From NCBI GenBank assembly GCA_040954595.2, contig CM082585.2, positions 11,575,451-11,639,450 of the forward strand: a stretch of DNA of 64,000 nt, written 5' to 3'. Both the position numbers and the translations under genes were made by a program. Below the pieces are notes generated by a model that was given only the letters and a program-made list of their open reading frames with translations, was not told where the DNA came from and searched no databases. How positions within the stretch are numbered: position 1 is the first letter of the stretch; each line of letters opens with the position of its first letter. Positions 61,401-64,000 of the stretch are shown here, one piece after another. The DNA comes from Balanoglossus misakiensis. Lineage: Eukaryota; Animalia; Hemichordata.

Positions 61401-63873
61401 ATCGTATTTGTCAGTATTTTACACACAGTAGATTGATACAGAAAGTGTTCATTTATGATGTAAAGCTAGAATTTATTTCAGTGTTTCCCCTACTTTCCAC
61501 TTCAGCACAAACAAAGACCAAACTGCAAGAAACTGAAGAGAGGTTACAGAAGGTGAAAGCTGTTGCGGTGAAAGCCAAAAAAGAAATGACAGAAGCCAAG
61601 AAGCAGGTGAGACCCTAGTGCTGATTGGCTAAAAATGGCAGATCTGTCACTGTAGTTTATAGTTACCCAAAAGTCTTGTTACAATCATTTCTGGTTTCCA
61701 TCTAACAGGTTTCCACACTGACAGAAGAGATGTCCACACTTATCGCAGAGAGAGATGAAATCCACCAGAAACTAGAAAATGTCGGCAAACAGTCGGAATC
61801 AAATATAAAACAGCACGTGGAAAGTTATCAGGTAAAGATTTGTCATTTCATCTATTTTCTGACAGCTTTGATGGCACCAAATCAAATAAATCAATCTTAT
61901 TATGATGTGATGTGATGTTTGTCTTTGCAGAGCTTGCAGAGAGAGTATGACAAACTTCATGATGATCTAGACAGCGAGAAAGAAGTCAGACAGGGTTTGG
62001 ATAAACAGGTCCAGAATTTGGAGAAACAAATACAGGAATATACAGAACAAGTGAAGGTAAGTATGGAAATGCTGTCATCTTCGAAAAATGGAAAATCACA
62101 GAATTTTTTTTAGAGAGGGTGATCGTATGATCCCTGCATGTGAAATTTATGGTTTATCTTTTCTTCCACGCAGACTTTGAATGAAGAATGCAGTAACGTC
62201 AAACAGAGTAGAAATGACATCAAAACCCATTGCGAGGAGTTGGAAACGCTCAAAGAACAACTTCAGCAGTTCATCAGTGAACAAGAAAAAGAAAAATCAC
62301 TGACTGAACGCGAACGTGAAGCTGAAAGGATGCAGAAGGAACGAAAAATAGAAGATCTGAACGAGGTATTTTTGTTGTTTATGTTTTATTAGTGCACATG
62401 TCATTTCTTACAAGATGTGTGATGAATTCTTTCATAGTGGTTTTCTAAAATAAAGTCCAGCGATGTGTGCGTATATTGGGACTCTATGAGTGAGAGACTT
62501 CTTGACACTGTCAATCTGAAATCAGCCACTTCTTTCTGTATCTGTATTGTTATATAAAGTGTTGACTGAAACTTGTATTTCAGGCCAAAGCCAAGATCAG
62601 CAGCTTAGAAGAACAACTTGCAAAGCAGAAAGAAGAATATCAATCGACTGTGGTGCAGTTAGATCAAGCTCAAAAGGTGAGAGTATGTCAGAGGTAATAG
62701 CCACTCACCAGGACTGCCATGGAAGTGAGAACAAACAGACACAATCAGACACCCCAGAAAAGTATGTGTCAAGTCTAAGATTGAAATGTCTCTCCCTTAC
62801 GTATACCTTTTTGATTACCTTCAGGAAGCATCCAACAGCAACCTCATGGATCTGGAAATTGCTGACTACGAAAGGAGCATTTCCGGCCTGAATGCTGCCA
62901 TTGCTGAGAAAGAAACCAAGTTGACGGACATGTCAAAGGAAGTGGAAAGACTGGAGAAGATCACGGAAAATCTACAGAAACAGATGGAAATGAAGGAAAC
63001 ACAGAGACAGCAGTCGGAAGAGAGGGGAAATAAACTGAAACAACTCTTGGTGAAAACTAAGAAAGATCTGGCTGATTCAAAGAAAGCTGTAAGTGTTTTA
63101 TGAGTAAACTGTTATGTTTTCATTTTAAGTTGTCATATCATCTGTTAACATGTCACTGCTTCAACCAACATATTCTCCTATATTTCAACTGTGGTGCCCC
63201 TATCAAATGATTTTATTGTTTATTTCAGGAAACTGAACAGAAAAGTAGTGATGCAGCATTAAGAGGACAGTTAGAACATCTGACGCGTCAGTGTGAAGAA
63301 TATAAAATGCAGATAGCAGATGTAGTCACACAATCTCAAAAATATCAAGAACAGGTAAAAAATACACAACATAAACTTTCAAAATCTTGTCTCGCAAATA
63401 GATATCAATGTTTACCCAAAGACAGTTGTCTATAATCATGCAGTATTTCACAATCACTACATCGATTGACTTCTGTGTCTGATTTTGTCAGCTTTACTCA
63501 TCGAATGAAGCTAATCTCCGCACCACAAGGTCTCTAGAAGCCAAGATTTCTGCTCTACAGCAAGATTTGGAAGGATCCAAGAAAGACCTCACTTCCTGTC
63601 AAGCAGAATATGAGAGTTACAAGGTAACAAACCAACAAACATTTCAATATGGCTGCCAAAGAATTTCAGCATACCGGTATTCCTGTTACAAAATGTCAAC
63701 CGAAGAAAAATTCTGTAATTTGGGAAATTTTCCATTTCACAGGTGAGAGTACACTCTGTGTTAAAATCCCAGAGGAGAGATACTCCTCAGGTGAATTCAG
63801 AAGCTGAAAAACAAGAGAAAGACCGTCTCGAGAAAGTTGTTGAGCAGCTGAAGCACAAACTACAGGAAACCAA
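55474..63873 (+). CDS. GCC2: GRIP and coiled-coil domain-containing protein 2 (golgin GCC185), multi-exon; 3' end lies beyond the window
   Basis: Motifs LDSLSREDLIKYIKKQ, KVKAVAVKAKKE, NLMDLEIADYER, KLKQLLVKTKKDLADSK and EYESYKVRVHSVLK all match GCC2. A coiled-coil exon of about 3 kb spans 58389-61371. The likely start is a 6-nt coding exon ATG GCG|gtgagt at 55474 spliced in frame to 56777; an alternative ATG is at 56840. Confidence 0.9.
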
Positions 63874-64000
63874 GTAAGTACTTGTGTCAAAGGGTGACAT
63901 TTTTGTTTGTTTGTTTTGTTTCTCATCTTCAGCATCTCCACAAGGTTGATGGATTGTCAAACCATATAATTTTTTTCATGTTTGTTTGTTTGTAGCAATC

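Noticed and set aside
1-64000. CRISPR arrays, prokaryotic operons, rRNA or tRNA genes, autonomous transposons
   Set aside because: The DNA is spliceosomal-intron eukaryotic sequence. I saw no spaced direct-repeat array, no recognisable rRNA or tRNA, and no transposase or reverse transcriptase ORF.

Overview
This is AT-rich, intron-rich eukaryotic DNA from an animal, most likely an invertebrate (deuterostome-like by inference). It is gene-dense, with eleven spliced protein-coding genes in this order: PEX1 (5'-partial, +), RPP38-like (-), RNASEH2B (+), an aldo-keto reductase (-), INTS6 (+), monoamine oxidase (-), RNF168 (-), EIF2A (+), an IL-1-like gene (-), an IL-1 receptor-like gene (-) and GCC2 (3'-partial, +). 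The main finding is the IL-1-like gene at 44443-47403, which the ORF track misses because it is split into 8 exons. Spliced by hand it encodes a 428-aa leaderless protein with a PDZ-like domain, an acidic linker with candidate caspase sites, and a C-terminal IL-1-family beta-trefoil-like region. Two of its introns match vertebrate IL-1 genes in position and phase, and its promoter has a perfect NF-kB site next to a TATA box. It lies 1.5 kb downstream of an Ig-Ig-TM-TIR receptor gene and near GCC2, so this is a candidate linked ancient IL-1 ligand/receptor module. Other features are two consecutive U12-type introns in EIF2A (one AT-AC), two palindromic non-autonomous elements with a shared architecture, a piggyBac-like MITE, CTCF-like motifs and microsatellites. 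All calls come from manual translation and recalled family motifs; no searches were run.
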